The notes beneath the pieces are model-generated. The model had not been told where the DNA came from. It did no database searches and was given only the letters and a program-made list of their open reading frames with translations. A program made the translations under genes and the position numbers. A stretch of 62,000 nucleotides of DNA from Malacoraja senta (Eukaryota), in assembly GCA_038087875.1 (NCBI GenBank), contig CM075998.1, forward strand, positions 124,001 through 186,000, given 5' to 3'. Positions 11,173-22,929 of the stretch are shown here, piece by piece (within the stretch, counting starts at the first letter, position 1; each line of letters starts with the position of its first letter).

Positions 11173-12300
11173 GTCGCAGGTAATAGACTTCTTACCGACA
11201 TCCACTACAAACCTACCGACTCCCATGGCTATCTGGACTACACTTCTTCCCACCCTGCTTCCTGTAAGGACTCCGTCCCCCACTCCCAATTCCTCCGTAT
11301 ACGCCACATCTGCTCCCAGGATGAGGCGTTCCACACCAGGGCATCTGAAATGTCCTCATTCTTCAGGGAACGGGGGTTCCCCTCCTCCACCATAGATGAG
11401 GCTCACACCAGGGTCTCTGCCATACCCCGCAACACTGCTCTCTCTCCCCATCCCCCCACTCACAACAAGGGCAGAGTCCCCCTAGTCCTCACCTTTCACC
11501 CCACCAGCCGTCACATACAACAAGTGATCCTCCGTCAGTTTCGCCACCTCCAACGTGACCCCACCACTCGCCACATCTTCCCATCTCCCCCTATGTCTGC
11601 CTTCCGCAAAGACCGCTCCCTCCATAACTCCCTTGTCAATTCTTCCCTTCCCTCCCATACCACCCCCTCCCCTGGTACTTTCCCTTGCAACCGCAAGAGA
11701 TGCAACACTTGTCCCTTCACCTTCCCCCTCTACTCCATTCAAGGACCTAAGCAGTCGTTCCAGGTGCGACAGAGGTTCACCTGCATCTCCTACAACCTCA
11801 TCTATTGCATTCGCTGCTCTAGATGCCAGCTGATCTACGTCGGTGAGACCAAGCGGAGGCTTGGCGATCGTTTCGCCGAACACCTCCGGTCGGTCCGCAA
11901 TAACCTACCTGACCTCCCAGTGGCTCAGCACTTCAACTCCCCCTCCCATTGCGTATCTGACCTCTCTGTCCTGGGTCTCCTCCATGGCCACAGCGAGCAA
12001 CACCGGAAATTGGAGGAAATGCACCTCATATTCCGCTTGGGCAGTCTACATCCTGGGGGCATGAACATTGAATTCTCCCAACTCTGCTAGCCCTTGCTGT
12101 CCCCTCCCCTTCATCAGCCATCTGGTTGTCTCCTCCCCTCCCCCAGCCCTCGGGCTCCTCCTCCGCCTTTTTCCTTTTTTCCTTTCTTCTCCCCACCCCC
12201 TATCAGTCTGAAGAAGGGTTTCGGCCCGAAACGTTACCTATTTCCTTCGCTCCATAGATGCTGCTGCACCCGCTGAGTTTCTCCAGCATTTTTGTGTACC
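11173..12300 (+). mobile_element. Penelope-like element, 3' ~1.1 kb (RT C-terminus, Cys linker, GIY-YIG; frame open)
   Basis: ORF open to 12090 with CNRKRCNTC and LIYCIRC..LIYVGETKR; 14-bp TSD TACCATTATATAAA at 11159-11172 and 12301-12314. Confidence 0.92.
12203..12240 (+). ncRNA. Minimal hammerhead-ribozyme-like motif in Penelope 3' region
   Basis: CUGAAGA (12208-12214), A, GGGU-UUCG-GCCC, GAAACGUU (12228-12235); stem I only 2 bp next to the core. Confidence 0.65.
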
Positions 12301-13257
12301 TACCATTATATAAATATATACACACATGAATAAATAAACTGATAAAGTGCAAATAACAGTATTGGCTAGTAAAGTTCAGTGTTATGTCCGAGCCAGGTTC
12401 AATAGCCTGATGGCTGTGGGGGAGCAGCTATTCCTGAACCTGGTCGTTGCAGTCTTCAGGCTCCTGTACCTTCTACCTGAAGGTAGTAGGGAGATGAGTG
12501 AGTGGCCAGGATGGTGTGGGTCCTTGATGATGCTGCCAGCCTTTTTGAGGCAGCGACTGCGATCGATCGATCCCCTCGATGGAAGGGAGGTCAGAGCCGA
12601 TGATGGACTGGGCAGTGTTTACTACTTTTTGTAGTCTTTTCCGCTCCTGGGCGCTCAAGTTGCCGAACCAAGCCACGATACAACCGGTCAGCATGCTCTC
12701 TACTGTGCACCTGTAGAAGTTAGAGAGAGTCCTCCTTGACAAACCGACGGAACACAATACACGATACCAGATATATTTATTTCTCACATGTGGCACAGTG
12801 AAATGTGGTCGCCATACAATAAAATATAGAACACAACACACGATGGATTTAAACATAAAACATCCCCAACACAGCAGAATTACAAGTTTCCCACTGTGAG
12901 GGAAGGCACCAAAGTGCAGTCCTCTTCCTCCGATGTTCACCCCGTGGTCGGGGCCTCCGGAGCCATCCGCTCCGCCCGCGTTGGGAGCTCCGCGAAACAC
13001 AGCCCCGCGATGTTGGAGTAGTGGGCCCAATGCTCAACACCCAGGTAGGTATCGCCCCGCTCCGCGGTGAATCCAGCGCTGCTCCGCCGCTGCTGAAGCT
13101 CTGGTCCGGTCACCGGTCTCCGGTAGGGAAGGCCGCTCCGATCCAGTGATAGGAGGGGGGGCGAGGATGCGACTCGGAGAAATAGTCGCATCCTCGCCAG
13201 GAAGCGACTATGAAACAGTTCCCCCCTTACCCTACCCCCCTCCCCCACATAGAAAAA

Positions 13258-14250
13258 CTATTTATCTCAATGGGGTTAGGTTAGGTAAGGGGGAGGTACA
13301 GCAAGACCTGGGTGTCCTTGTACACCGGTCACTGAAAGTTGGTGCGCAGGTACAGCAGGCAGTGAAGAAAGCTAATGGCAGGTACACAAAAATGCTGGAG
13401 AAACTCAGCGGGTGCATCAGTATCTATGGAGCGAAGGAAATAGGCAACGTTTCGGACCGAAACCCGTCTTCAGACTGATGGGGGGCTAATGGCATGTTGG
13501 CCTTCATAACAAGAGGAGTTGAGTATAGGAGTAAAGAGGTCCTTCTGCAGTTGTACAGGGCTCTGGTGAGACCACACCTGGAGTAATGTGTACAGTTTTG
13601 GCCCTGTTGGCCTTCATAACAAGAGGATTTCAGTATAGGAGCAAAGAGGTCCTTCTGCAGTTGTACAGGGCCCTGGTGAGACCACACCTGGTGTATTGTG
13701 TGCAGTTTTGGTCCCCTAATTTGAGGAAGGACATCCTTGCTATTGAGGGAGCCCAGCGTAGGCTCACCAGGTTAATTCCCGGGATGGCGGGACTGTCATA
13801 TGCTGAGAGAATGGAGCGGCTGGGCTTGTACACTCTGGAGTTTAGAAGGATGAGAGGGTATCTCATTGAAACATATGATTATTAAGGGTTTGGACACGCT
13901 AGAGGCAGGAAACATGTTCCCGATGTTGGGGGAGTCCAGAACCAGGGGCCACACACATACAGTTTAAGAATAAGGGGTAAGCCATTTAGAACGGAGACGA
14001 GGAAACACTTTTTCTCACAGAGAGTTGTGAGTCTGTGGAATTCTCTGCCTCAGGGGGCGGTGGAGGCCGGTTCTCTGGATCCTTTCAAGAGAGAGCTAGA
14101 TAGGGCTCTTAAAAATAGCGGAGTCAGGGGATATGGGGAGAAGGCAGGTACGGGGTACTGATTGGGGATGATCAGCCGTGATCACATTGAATGGCGGTGC
14201 TGGCTGGAAGGGCCGAATGGCCTCTACTCCTGCACCTATTGTCTATTGTA
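13258..14250 (+). mobile_element. CR1 LINE 3' part
   Basis: [28 protein letters not shown]..; TCTATTG tail. Confidence 0.9.
13381..13484 (-). mobile_element. Short Penelope-end element with intact hammerhead-like core
   Basis: Minus strand CUGAAGA-C-GGGUUUCGGUCC-GAAACGUU; 10-bp TSD GCTAATGGCA at 13371-13380 and 13485-13494. Confidence 0.85.
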
Positions 14251-14307
14251 ACTCTATCGCTGGATGCAACGAGGGTGTGTAGAAATGATTTGTAAAGGTG
14301 GTCTTAC

Positions 14308-14445
14308 CTACTGCTGCTGGCTGGCTGCGACTGCTTGCAAGGTGGCAGTCGTCTGTCTTCAGATAGAGGCCATCAAAACGCACACAGCTCCCTCCCCTCT
14401 CCCTCCAAGGAGATATCTGGGTTTATAAAGGTGTTAATGGGTGAG
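14308..14445 (-). promoter_or_regulatory. Candidate SLC39A5 non-coding first exon and TATA-type promoter
   Basis: Unique non-repeat island; minus-strand donor TAG|GTAAG at 14308/14307; TTTATAAA at 14422-14429; the ATG exon has an acceptor, so an upstream exon is required. Confidence 0.45.
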
Positions 14446-15175
14446 TAATTCTACTGGAGAGATCTGATCAGTGGCACAGATCTGTGTTACATCTGCAGGG
14501 CAGGGCATCGAGGAGCTTGCACTTTGCTCCCAACACAATCGACAAGGATTTTACACACTCACGCCAGGTTATAAATCAGGATCAGCGGTAGAGTTGCTGC
14601 CTTACGGCACCAGAGACCCGGGTTTCATCCCGACCCGATCTCCCGGTGGCTCGGCAATTCAACTCCCCCTCCCATTCCCATTCCCAATCCCACCTTTCTG
14701 TCCATTCAATGTGATCATGGCTGATCATCCCCAATCAGTACCCCGTTCCCGCCTTCTCCCCATATCCCCTGACTCCGCTATCTTTAAGAGCCCTATCTAG
14801 CTCTCTCTTGAAAATATCAAGAGAATCGGCCTCCACCGCCCTCTGAGGCAGAGAATCCCACAGATTCACAACTCTCTGGGTGGAAAGGTTTCTCCTCATC
14901 TCAGTCCCAAATGGCCACAGGTTCACAACTCTCTGGGTGGAAAAGTTTCTCCTCATCTCAGTCCCAAATGGCCACAGATTCACAACTCTCTGGGTGGAAA
15001 AGTTTCTCCTCGTCTCCGTTCTAAATGGCCGACCCCCTTATTCTTAAACTGTGTGTGTGTGGCCCCTGGTTCTGGACTCCCCCAACATCGGGAACATGTT
15101 TCCTGCCTCTAGCGTGTCCAAACCCTTAATAATCTTATATGTTTCAATGAGATCCCCTCTCATCCTAAGTTTAAT

Positions 15176-15497
15176 TTAGTTTAGTTTAGAGATACAGCGC
15201 GGAAACAGGCCCTTCGGCCCCACCGAGTCCGTGCTAGCCGACCAACGATCCCCGCACATTAACACCATCCTACACACACTAGGGACAATTTTTACATTTA
15301 CACCAAGCCAATTAACCTGCAAACCTGCACGTCTTTGGAGTGTGGGAGGAAACCGAAGATCTCGGAGAAAACCCACGCAGGTCACGGGGAGAACGTGCAA
15401 ACTCCGGACAGACAGCACCCGTAGTCAGGATTGAACCCGGGTCTCCGGCGCTGCATTCGCTGTAAGGCAGCAAGTCTACCGCTGCGCCACCGTGACT
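15176..15497 (-). mobile_element. tRNA-derived V-SINE (HE1-like)
   Basis: Minus strand GGTGGCGCAGCGGTAGA (A box), GGTTCAATCC (B box), GGAGTTTGCACGTTCTCCCCGTG core, CR1-like tail GGGCCGAAGGGCCTGTTTCC + (AAACT)n. Confidence 0.85.
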
Positions 15498-16039
15498 GCC
15501 CACCTAAAAAAGAAGGGCAAATTATCCCTTGTGTGTGTAGGGTAGTGTTAGTGTGCGGGCGATCCCTGGCTGGCACGGACACGGTGGGGCCGAAGGGCCT
15601 GTTTCCGCGCTGTATCTCCAAACTAAACTGGTGTGTAAACGGGCGATCCCTGGCTGGCACGGACACGGTGGGGCCGAAGGGCCTATTTCCGTGCTGTATC
15701 TCTGAAGCAAAGTAAAATAAACCACTTACTGTTGAAAAATATCGAGGAGAAATATCTCTGCAGCAAATGTGGATCCAGTAATGATTCCACACATGTGCTT
15801 CGTATTAAAACAGGAGGATTGATGTCAGCTGATGGGATGGGAGCTTCATTAACCAACTCACCACCGTATTACAGCAAAGATCATTCTCTCACACTCCAGT
15901 GCAGCCAAACCATAATCATCGGATCCCTATCAGACTGACTAAGGTCAAATGCTGCCTGTCTGTCCCGCTGAGTTACTCCACAACTTTGTATCTGTCCACG
16001 ATCTATTCCTCTCATTTTCCTCCTAGTCACCAAACTTGG

Positions 16040-17262
16040 AACTATTCCCTGGAGCGCAGGAGGATGAGGGAGATCTTATAGAGGTGCATAAAATCATGAG
16101 AGGAATAGATCGGGTAGACAGACGCACAGAGTCTCTTGCCCAGAGTAGGGGAATCGAGGACCAGAGGACATAGGTTTAGGGTGAAGGGGAAAAGATTTAA
16201 TAGGAATCTGAGGGGTAACTTTTCCACACAGAGGGTGGTGGGTGTATGGAACGAGCTGCCGGAGGAGTTAGTTATAAACAATAGACAATAGGTGCAGGAG
16301 TAGGCCACTCAGCCCTTTAAGCCAGCACCGCCATTCAATGTGATCATGGCTGATCATCCCCAATCAGTACCCCGTTCCTGCCTTCTCCCCATATCCCCCG
16401 ACTCCACTATCTTTAAGCGCCCTATCTAGCTCTCTCTTGAAAGCATCCAGAGAACCGGCCTCCACCGCCCTCTGAGGCAGAGAGTTGAGTCTGGGACTAT
16501 CCCAATGTTTAAGAGACAGTTAGACAGGTACATGGATAGGACAGGTTTGAAGGGATATGGACCAAACGCGGGCAGGTGGGACTAGTGTAGATGGGGCATG
16601 TTGGTCGGGGTGGGACTAGTCTAGATGGGGCATGTTGGTCGGAGTGGGACTAGTGTAGATGGGGCATGTTGGTCGGGGTGGGACTAGTGTAGATGGGGCA
16701 TGTTGGTCGGGGTGGGACTAGTGTAGATGGGGCATGTTGGTCGGGGTGGGCCTAGTGTAGATGGGGCATGTTGGTCGGGGTGGGACTAGTGTAGATGGGG
16801 CATGTTGGTCGGGGTGGGACTAGTGTAGATGGGGCATGTTGGTCGGGGTGGGACTAGTGTAGATGGGGCATGTTGGTCGGGGTGGGACTAGTGTAGATGG
16901 GGCATGTTGGTCGGGGTGGGACTAGTGTAGATGGGGCATGTTGGTCGGGGTGGGACTAGTGTAGATGGGGCATGTTGGTCGGGGTGGGACTAGTGTAGAT
17001 GGGGCATGTTGGTCGGGGTGTGACTAGTGTAGATGGGGCATGTTGGTCGGGGTGGGACTAGTGTAGATGGGGCATGTTGGTCGGGGTGGGACTAGTGTAG
17101 TTGGGGCATGTTGGTCGGGGTGGGTCTGGTGTAGATGGGGCATGTTGGTCGGGGTGGGACTAGTGTAGATGGGGCATGTTGGTCGGGGTGGGACTAGTGT
17201 AGCTGGGACGTTGGTCGGGGTGGGCAAGTTGGGCCGAAGGGCCTGTTTCCGTGCTGTATCTC
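16040..17262 (+). mobile_element. CR1 3' end with nested inverted CR1 and expanded minisatellite
   Basis: YSLERRRMR..; nested minus-strand CR1 tail 16279-16483; ends GGGCCGAAGGGCCTGTTTCCGTGCTGTATCTCT. Confidence 0.8.
16578..17224 (+). repeat. 34-bp G-rich minisatellite (~19 copies)
   Basis: Unit GGGACTAGTGTAGATGGGGCATGTTGGTCGGGGT. Confidence 0.95.
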
Positions 17263-17621
17263 TGGAATAACTAACAAAGTGCAGTTCATTCAGTTCTTAT
17301 GGGGTTCGGAAAAGCGCCTTTGCCAACTAATTTATTGCCTGGATAGAGCCAAGACTTTTTGATTGTCATTCTTCTCCGCGGATTGTCACTTGTCGTGCTG
17401 GAGAAGCTTGTGTGGTCCTGAGATCCTGAGAGCGATGCCGTCTGGAGCTATGCTCCTGGTAGGGCCACCCATGGCTCTCTGACAAAGAGCAATCCAACCA
17501 AGACCTCAACGGTGGAACAGGCGGAGTACGATGGCTGGCCTTAGTGGAGTGTCACAATGGCTGGGAAGGCGGATGAAGGCTGCAGCAGAAAAGGGTCTCC
17601 AGTCGTCTTGGACTCCATGCC

Positions 17622-18605
17622 ACAGGAAAGTAGACTATTATCTGAATGGTGGCCGATTAGGAAAAGGGGAGATGCAGCGAGACCTGGGTGTCATGGTACA
17701 CCAGTCATTGAAAGTAGGCATGCAGGTGCAGCAGGCAGTGAAGGAAGCGAATGGTATGTTAGCATTCATAGCAAAAGGATTTGAGTATAGGAGCAGGGAG
17801 GTTCTACTGCAGTGAGACCACACCTGGGGTATTGCGTTCAGTTTTGGTCTCCTAATCTGAGGAAGGACATTCTTGCCATAGAGGGAGTACAGAGAAGGTT
17901 CACCAGACTGATTCCTGGGATGGCAGGACTTTCACATGAAGAAAGACTGGATAGACTCGGCTTGTACTCGCTAGAATTTAGAAGATTGAGGGGGGTTCTT
18001 ATAGAAACGTACAAAATTCTTAAGAGGCTAGATGCAGGAAGATTGTTCCCAAAGTTGGGGAAGTCCAGAACAAGGGGTCACAGTTTAAGGATAAGGGGTA
18101 AGTCTTTTAGGACCGAGATGAGAAAAAAAAATTCACACATACCCGCTGATCCCTTTAGCCACAAGGGCCACATCTAAATCCCTCTTAAATATAACCAATG
18201 AACTGGCCTCAACTTCCTTCTGTGGCAGAGAATTCCACAGATTCACCACTCTCTTTGTGAAAAATGATTTTCTCATCTCGGTCCTAAAAGACTTCCCCCT
18301 TATCCTTAAACTGTGACCCCTTGTCCTGGACTTCCCCAACATCGAGAACAATCTTCCTGCATCTAGCCTGTCCAACCCCTTAAGAATCTTGTATAAGATC
18401 CCCCCTCAATCTTCCAAATTCTAGCGAGTACAAGCTGAGTCTATCCAGTCTTTCTTCATATGAAAGTCCTGACATCCCAGGAATCAGTCTGGTGAACCTT
18501 CTCTGCACTCCCTCTATGGCAAGAATGTCTTTCCTCAGATTTGGAGACCAAAACTGTACGCAATACTCCAGGTGTGGTCTCATCAAGACCCTGTACAACT
18601 GCAGT
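17622..18605. mobile_element. Tail-to-tail inverted CR1 pair
   Basis: 17622-18130 plus and 18138-18605 minus, same subfamily. Confidence 0.85.
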
Positions 18606-19329
18606 ACATAAAGGGGGGGGAGAAAGTTGAAGTTATGTTTTAACCTGATGTGTTACCTCATATACCGACCTTTAGGAAAGATTAGTTGTGCTAATTGTGG
18701 CTCAGACATTGTGAATACAAAAGGAAGTTGTAAAAACACACACAGACTGCCTCTGTTTCAGTTTTAACCAGGCCCATAAAGTTTCACAATATGTCGCTCA
18801 GTGGACTAGACAAACACAATGGATGGATGGATGGATGGCAGAACTTTCATATGAAGAAAGACTGGATAGACTCGGCTTGTACTCGCTGGAATTTAGAAGA
18901 TTGAGGGGGGATCTTATAGAAACGTACAAAATTTTTAAGGGGTTGGACAGGCTAGATGCAGGAATATCAAGGCCTTTCTTCAGACATGTATATTTGAACA
19001 TATTTATGTTAGAATGTATTTTGTGTGTCCTGTTGCTTTTTATTGGTATGACTGTATGACACATAAAATTCCTCGTATGTTGCAAAACATACTTGGCTAA
19101 TCAAGACTTATTATGATGATTTCCAAACACTGGCAGATTTAGTGAGGTTTTGCAATCCCGCAGCAGCAGATTATCACCACTGGGTGGTGATGATACCACG
19201 TCTGACTGCCTTAATGCAGGATATGTCTCTAAAACTTCCCACATAAAGAAAAATAAACCTTTGTCTTAAGGGCTTCTCTATGAAGCCCAGTATTCATTGC
19301 TTGGCATATTTGCTCTTGAACTCAGTGGC

Positions 19330-20597
19330 TTGGTGCAGGTACAGCCGGCAGTGAAGAAAGCCAATGGCATGTTGGCCTTCATAGCGAGAGGATTGGAGTA
19401 TAGGAGCAAAGAGGTCCTACTGCAGTTGTACAGGGCCCTGGTGAGACCACATCTGGAGTATTGTGTGCAGTTTTGGCCCTGTTGGCCTTCATAACAAGAG
19501 GAGTTGAGTATAGGAGCTAAGAGGTCCTACTGCAGTTGTACAGGGCCCTGGTGAGACCACACCTGGAGTATTGTGTACAGTTTTGGTCCCCTAATTTGAG
19601 GAAGGACATTCTTGCTATTGAGGGAGTCACCGGGTTAATTCCCGGGATGGCGGGACTGTCATATGCTGAGAGAATGGAGCGGCTGGGCTTGTACACTCTG
19701 GAGTTTAGAAGGATTGGGGGATCTTATAGAAACATATAAAATTCATAAGGGATTGGACAGGCTTAATGCAGGAGAAATGTTCCCCTTGTTGGGGAAGTCC
19801 AGAACCAGGGGTCACAGTTTAAGAATAAGGGGTCGGCCATTTAGAACGGAGATGAGGAAAACCTTTTTCACCCAAAGAGTTGTGAATCTGTGGAATTCTC
19901 TGTCACAAAAGGCAGTGGAGGCCAATTTGCTGGATGCTTTCAAGAGAGAGCTAGATAGAGCTCTTAAAGATAGCGGCGTCAGGGGATATGGAGAGAAGGC
20001 AGGAACATGTAATGCTGAGGCTCTACAAGGCACTGGTCAGGCTGCATTTGGAATATTGTGAGCAAATGTGGGCCCCATATCTGAGGAAGGATGTGCTGGC
20101 TCTGGAGAGGGTCCAGAGGAGGTTTACAAGAATGATCCCAGGAATGAGTGGGTTAGCATACGATGAGCGTTTGTCGGCACTGGGCCTGTACTCGCTGGAG
20201 TTTAGAAGGTTGAGGGGGGGGGACTTTGTTGAAACTTACAGAATAATGAAAGGCATAGAGTGAATGTGGAGAGGATGTTTCCACTGGTGGGAGAGTCTAG
20301 GACCAGAGGTCACAGCCTCAGAATTAAAGGGCGAAGATGAGGAGGAACTTATTTAGTCAGAGGGTGGTGAATTTGTGGAACTCTTTGCCACAGACGGCGG
20401 TGGAGGCCACAAGTCTGTGGATATTTTGAAGGCAGAAATAGATAGATTGTTGATTAGTACGGGTGTCAGGGGTTATGGGGAGAAGGCAGGAGAATGGGGT
20501 TGGGAGGGAGAGATAGACCAGCCATGATTGAATGGTGGAGTAGACTTGATGGGCCGAATGGCCTAATTCTACTCCTCACACTTATGATCTTATGAAA
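19330..20597 (+). mobile_element. Two tandem CR1 3' parts of different subfamilies
   Basis: ORF remnants 19297-20263; second ends with TATGATCT-type tail. Confidence 0.85.
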
Positions 20598-21324
20598 ACT
20601 AACATGTAATAAGCAATTCAGGATTATATTTTCTGTCCTTTATATCTTGAGCATTTGAGTGCAGGACGTCAGCACAAACCCTGCTGCAATAACACAGGGC
20701 CCAGGTGAGACCACACCTGGAGCTTTGCGCACTGTTTGGGTCTCAGTTGGTTGTTGGGTGAAATCATTTGGCAAAGACAAGCAGTCAGGAGAGACCAACA
20801 GAGGGGAAAAAAACTAAAGACACAAAGTGCTGGAGTAACTCAGCGGGACAGGCAGCATCTGTGTGGACAACATGGACAAGTACAAAGTGCTGGAGTAACT
20901 CGGAGGGTCAGGCAGCATCTGTGGAGAACGTGGACAGGTACAAAGTGTTGGAGTAACTCAGCGGGACAGGCAGCATCTGTAGAGAGAAGGAATGGGTGAC
21001 GTTTCGGGTCGAGACCGTTCTTCAGACACACCTGGTCTTTGGAGTGTGGGAGGACACTGAAGATCTCGGAGAAAACCCACGCAGGTCACGGGGAGAACGT
21101 ACAAACTCCGCACAGACAGCACCCGTAGTCAGGATGGAACCCGGGTCTCTGGTGCTGTGAGGCAGCAACTCTACCGCTACTGCCCTTCTTCAGACCCGAC
21201 CTGAAACGTCGCCTATCCATATTCTCCAAGGATGCTGTCTGACCCGCAAAAGGGGGCCGATAGTTGGGATGTACGTGATGGGCCGATGGGCCTGCTTCCA
21301 TGCTGTATCTGACTATTTCGAGAG

Positions 21325-21950
21325 TATTTATTTTGAGAGGGCTTGTATACAAAAACAGGGAGGTAATGCCGAGGCTCTATAAGGTGCTGGTCAGGCCACA
21401 TTTGGAATATTGTGAGCAATTGTGGGAGCCATATCTGAGGAAGGATGTGCTGGCTCTGGAGAGGGTCCAGAGGAGGTTTACAAGAATGATCCCAGGTGTG
21501 AGTAGGTTAACGTACGATGAGCGTTTATTTGACTGCACTGGGCCTGTACTCGCTGGAGTTTAGAAGAATGAGGAGGGACCTCATTGAAACATACAGAATA
21601 GTGAAAGGCTTGGATAGAGTGGACGTTTCTACTAGTGGGAGAGTCTAGGACCAGAGGGCACAGCCTCAGAATTAAAGGATGTTCTTTTAGGAAGGAGATG
21701 AGGAGGAATTTCTTTAGCCAGATGTTGGTCAATCTGTGGAATTCTTTGCCACAGAAGGCTGGAGAGGCCAAGTCAAGGGTATATTTAAGGCAGAAATAGA
21801 TAAATTCTTGATTAGTACGGGTGTCAGGGGTTATGGGGAGAAGGCAGGAGAATGGGGTTAGGAGGGAGAGATAGATCAGCCATGATTGAATGGTGGAGTA
21901 GACTTGATGGGCTGAATGGCCTAATTCTGCTCCTATCACTTCTGACCTCT
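21325..21950 (+). mobile_element. CR1 3' part
   Basis: [31 protein letters not shown]. Confidence 0.85.
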
Positions 21951-22210
21951 ACAACTCTATAGAAGGTGATTTGGAAAGGGAGAGGTGTGAGGAATTGTCC
22001 AACGCAGAAGGGTCTCGACCTGAAACGTCACCCATTCCTTCTCTCTGGAGATGCTGCCTGTCCCGCTGAGTTACTGCGGCACTTTGCGTCTACCAATGCT
22101 TTGCGGCGTTGGATTTAAGGAGAAGGGTTGGATGAACTTTGCTGAAAGAATACCACGTCGATACGGTTGACGGACCAGGAAAATGTTCCAAGTTGGGAGC
22201 AGACGAACAA

Positions 22211-22410
22211 TCAGCGCTTCGGAACCCGTCGTGGATCGCGCCCATTGCTAAGGGTGGTGGTTGGCGGAGTGGAGGTGGAGGTAGATGTGGCAGCAGTTTG
22301 GTTGTTGCCTGGGCTTCGTCCATTGCCTCTTCCACTTGCAGTTGCCGGCTGGTGATTCGAGTTGCCCAGCGCCGCTCCACCTGTGCCCACAGCGTTCAGA
22401 GTCTCGTTAC
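22211..22410 (-). CDS. NABP2: NABP2 last coding exon
   Basis: TTCCAG acceptor, 200 bp to TGA; ends TLSNGRDPRRVPKR, the basic NABP C-terminal motif; total CDS 639 bp = 212 aa. Confidence 0.88.
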
Positions 22411-22929
22411 CTGGAACGGCGGGAACAAGGAACAAATAACCGGGTGACAACACTATCTCACGCCACAGAGAGCTTCCGAAGGTCAGAAGGGATAGGAGCA
22501 GAATTAGGCCATTCGGCCCCATCAAGTCTACTCCGCCATTTAATCATAGAAACATAGACAATAGGTGCAGGAGGAGGCCATTCGGCCCTTCGAGCCTGCA
22601 CCGCCATTCAATGTGATCATGGCTGATCATCCCCAATCAGTACCCCGTTCCTGCCTTCTCTCCATACCCCCTGATCCCTTTAGCCACAAGGGCCACATCT
22701 AACTCCCTCTTAAACATAGCCAATGAACTGGCCTCAACTACCTTCTGTGGCGGAGAATTCCACAGATTCACCACTCTCTGTGTGAAAAAAAAAATCTCAT
22801 CTTGGTCCTAAAAGACTTCCCCCTTATCCTTAAACTGTGACCCCTTGTTCTGGACTTCCCCAACATCAGGAACAATCTTCCTGCATCTAGCCTGTCCAAC
22901 CCCTTAAGAATTGTGTAAGTTTCTATAAG

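Larger units (their letters stand above)
11040..12748 (-). mobile_element. Rex1/L2-like 3' end split by the Penelope insertion
   Basis: 11040-11172 plus 12315-12748 reconstitute the sequence seen at ~4825-5360. Confidence 0.85.

Noticed and set aside
11011..12090. 359-aa ORF as a domesticated host gene
   Set aside because: The N-terminal 54 codons are LINE UTR sequence joined by chance to a TSD-flanked Penelope fragment nearly identical to other copies
6033..17224. Regular repeats at 6033-6835 and 16578-17224 as CRISPR arrays
   Set aside because: No unique spacers; eukaryotic minisatellites
17331..17336. Minus-strand AATAAA as the NABP2 poly(A) signal
   Set aside because: About 4.9 kb from the stop codon across many TEs; nothing distinguishes it from chance
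19113..19205. ATGATGA...GTGATGA...CTGA resembling a C/D box snoRNA
   Set aside because: The C box is part of a retroelement microsatellite tail, there is no terminal stem, and it is opposite to the strand of the flanking genes
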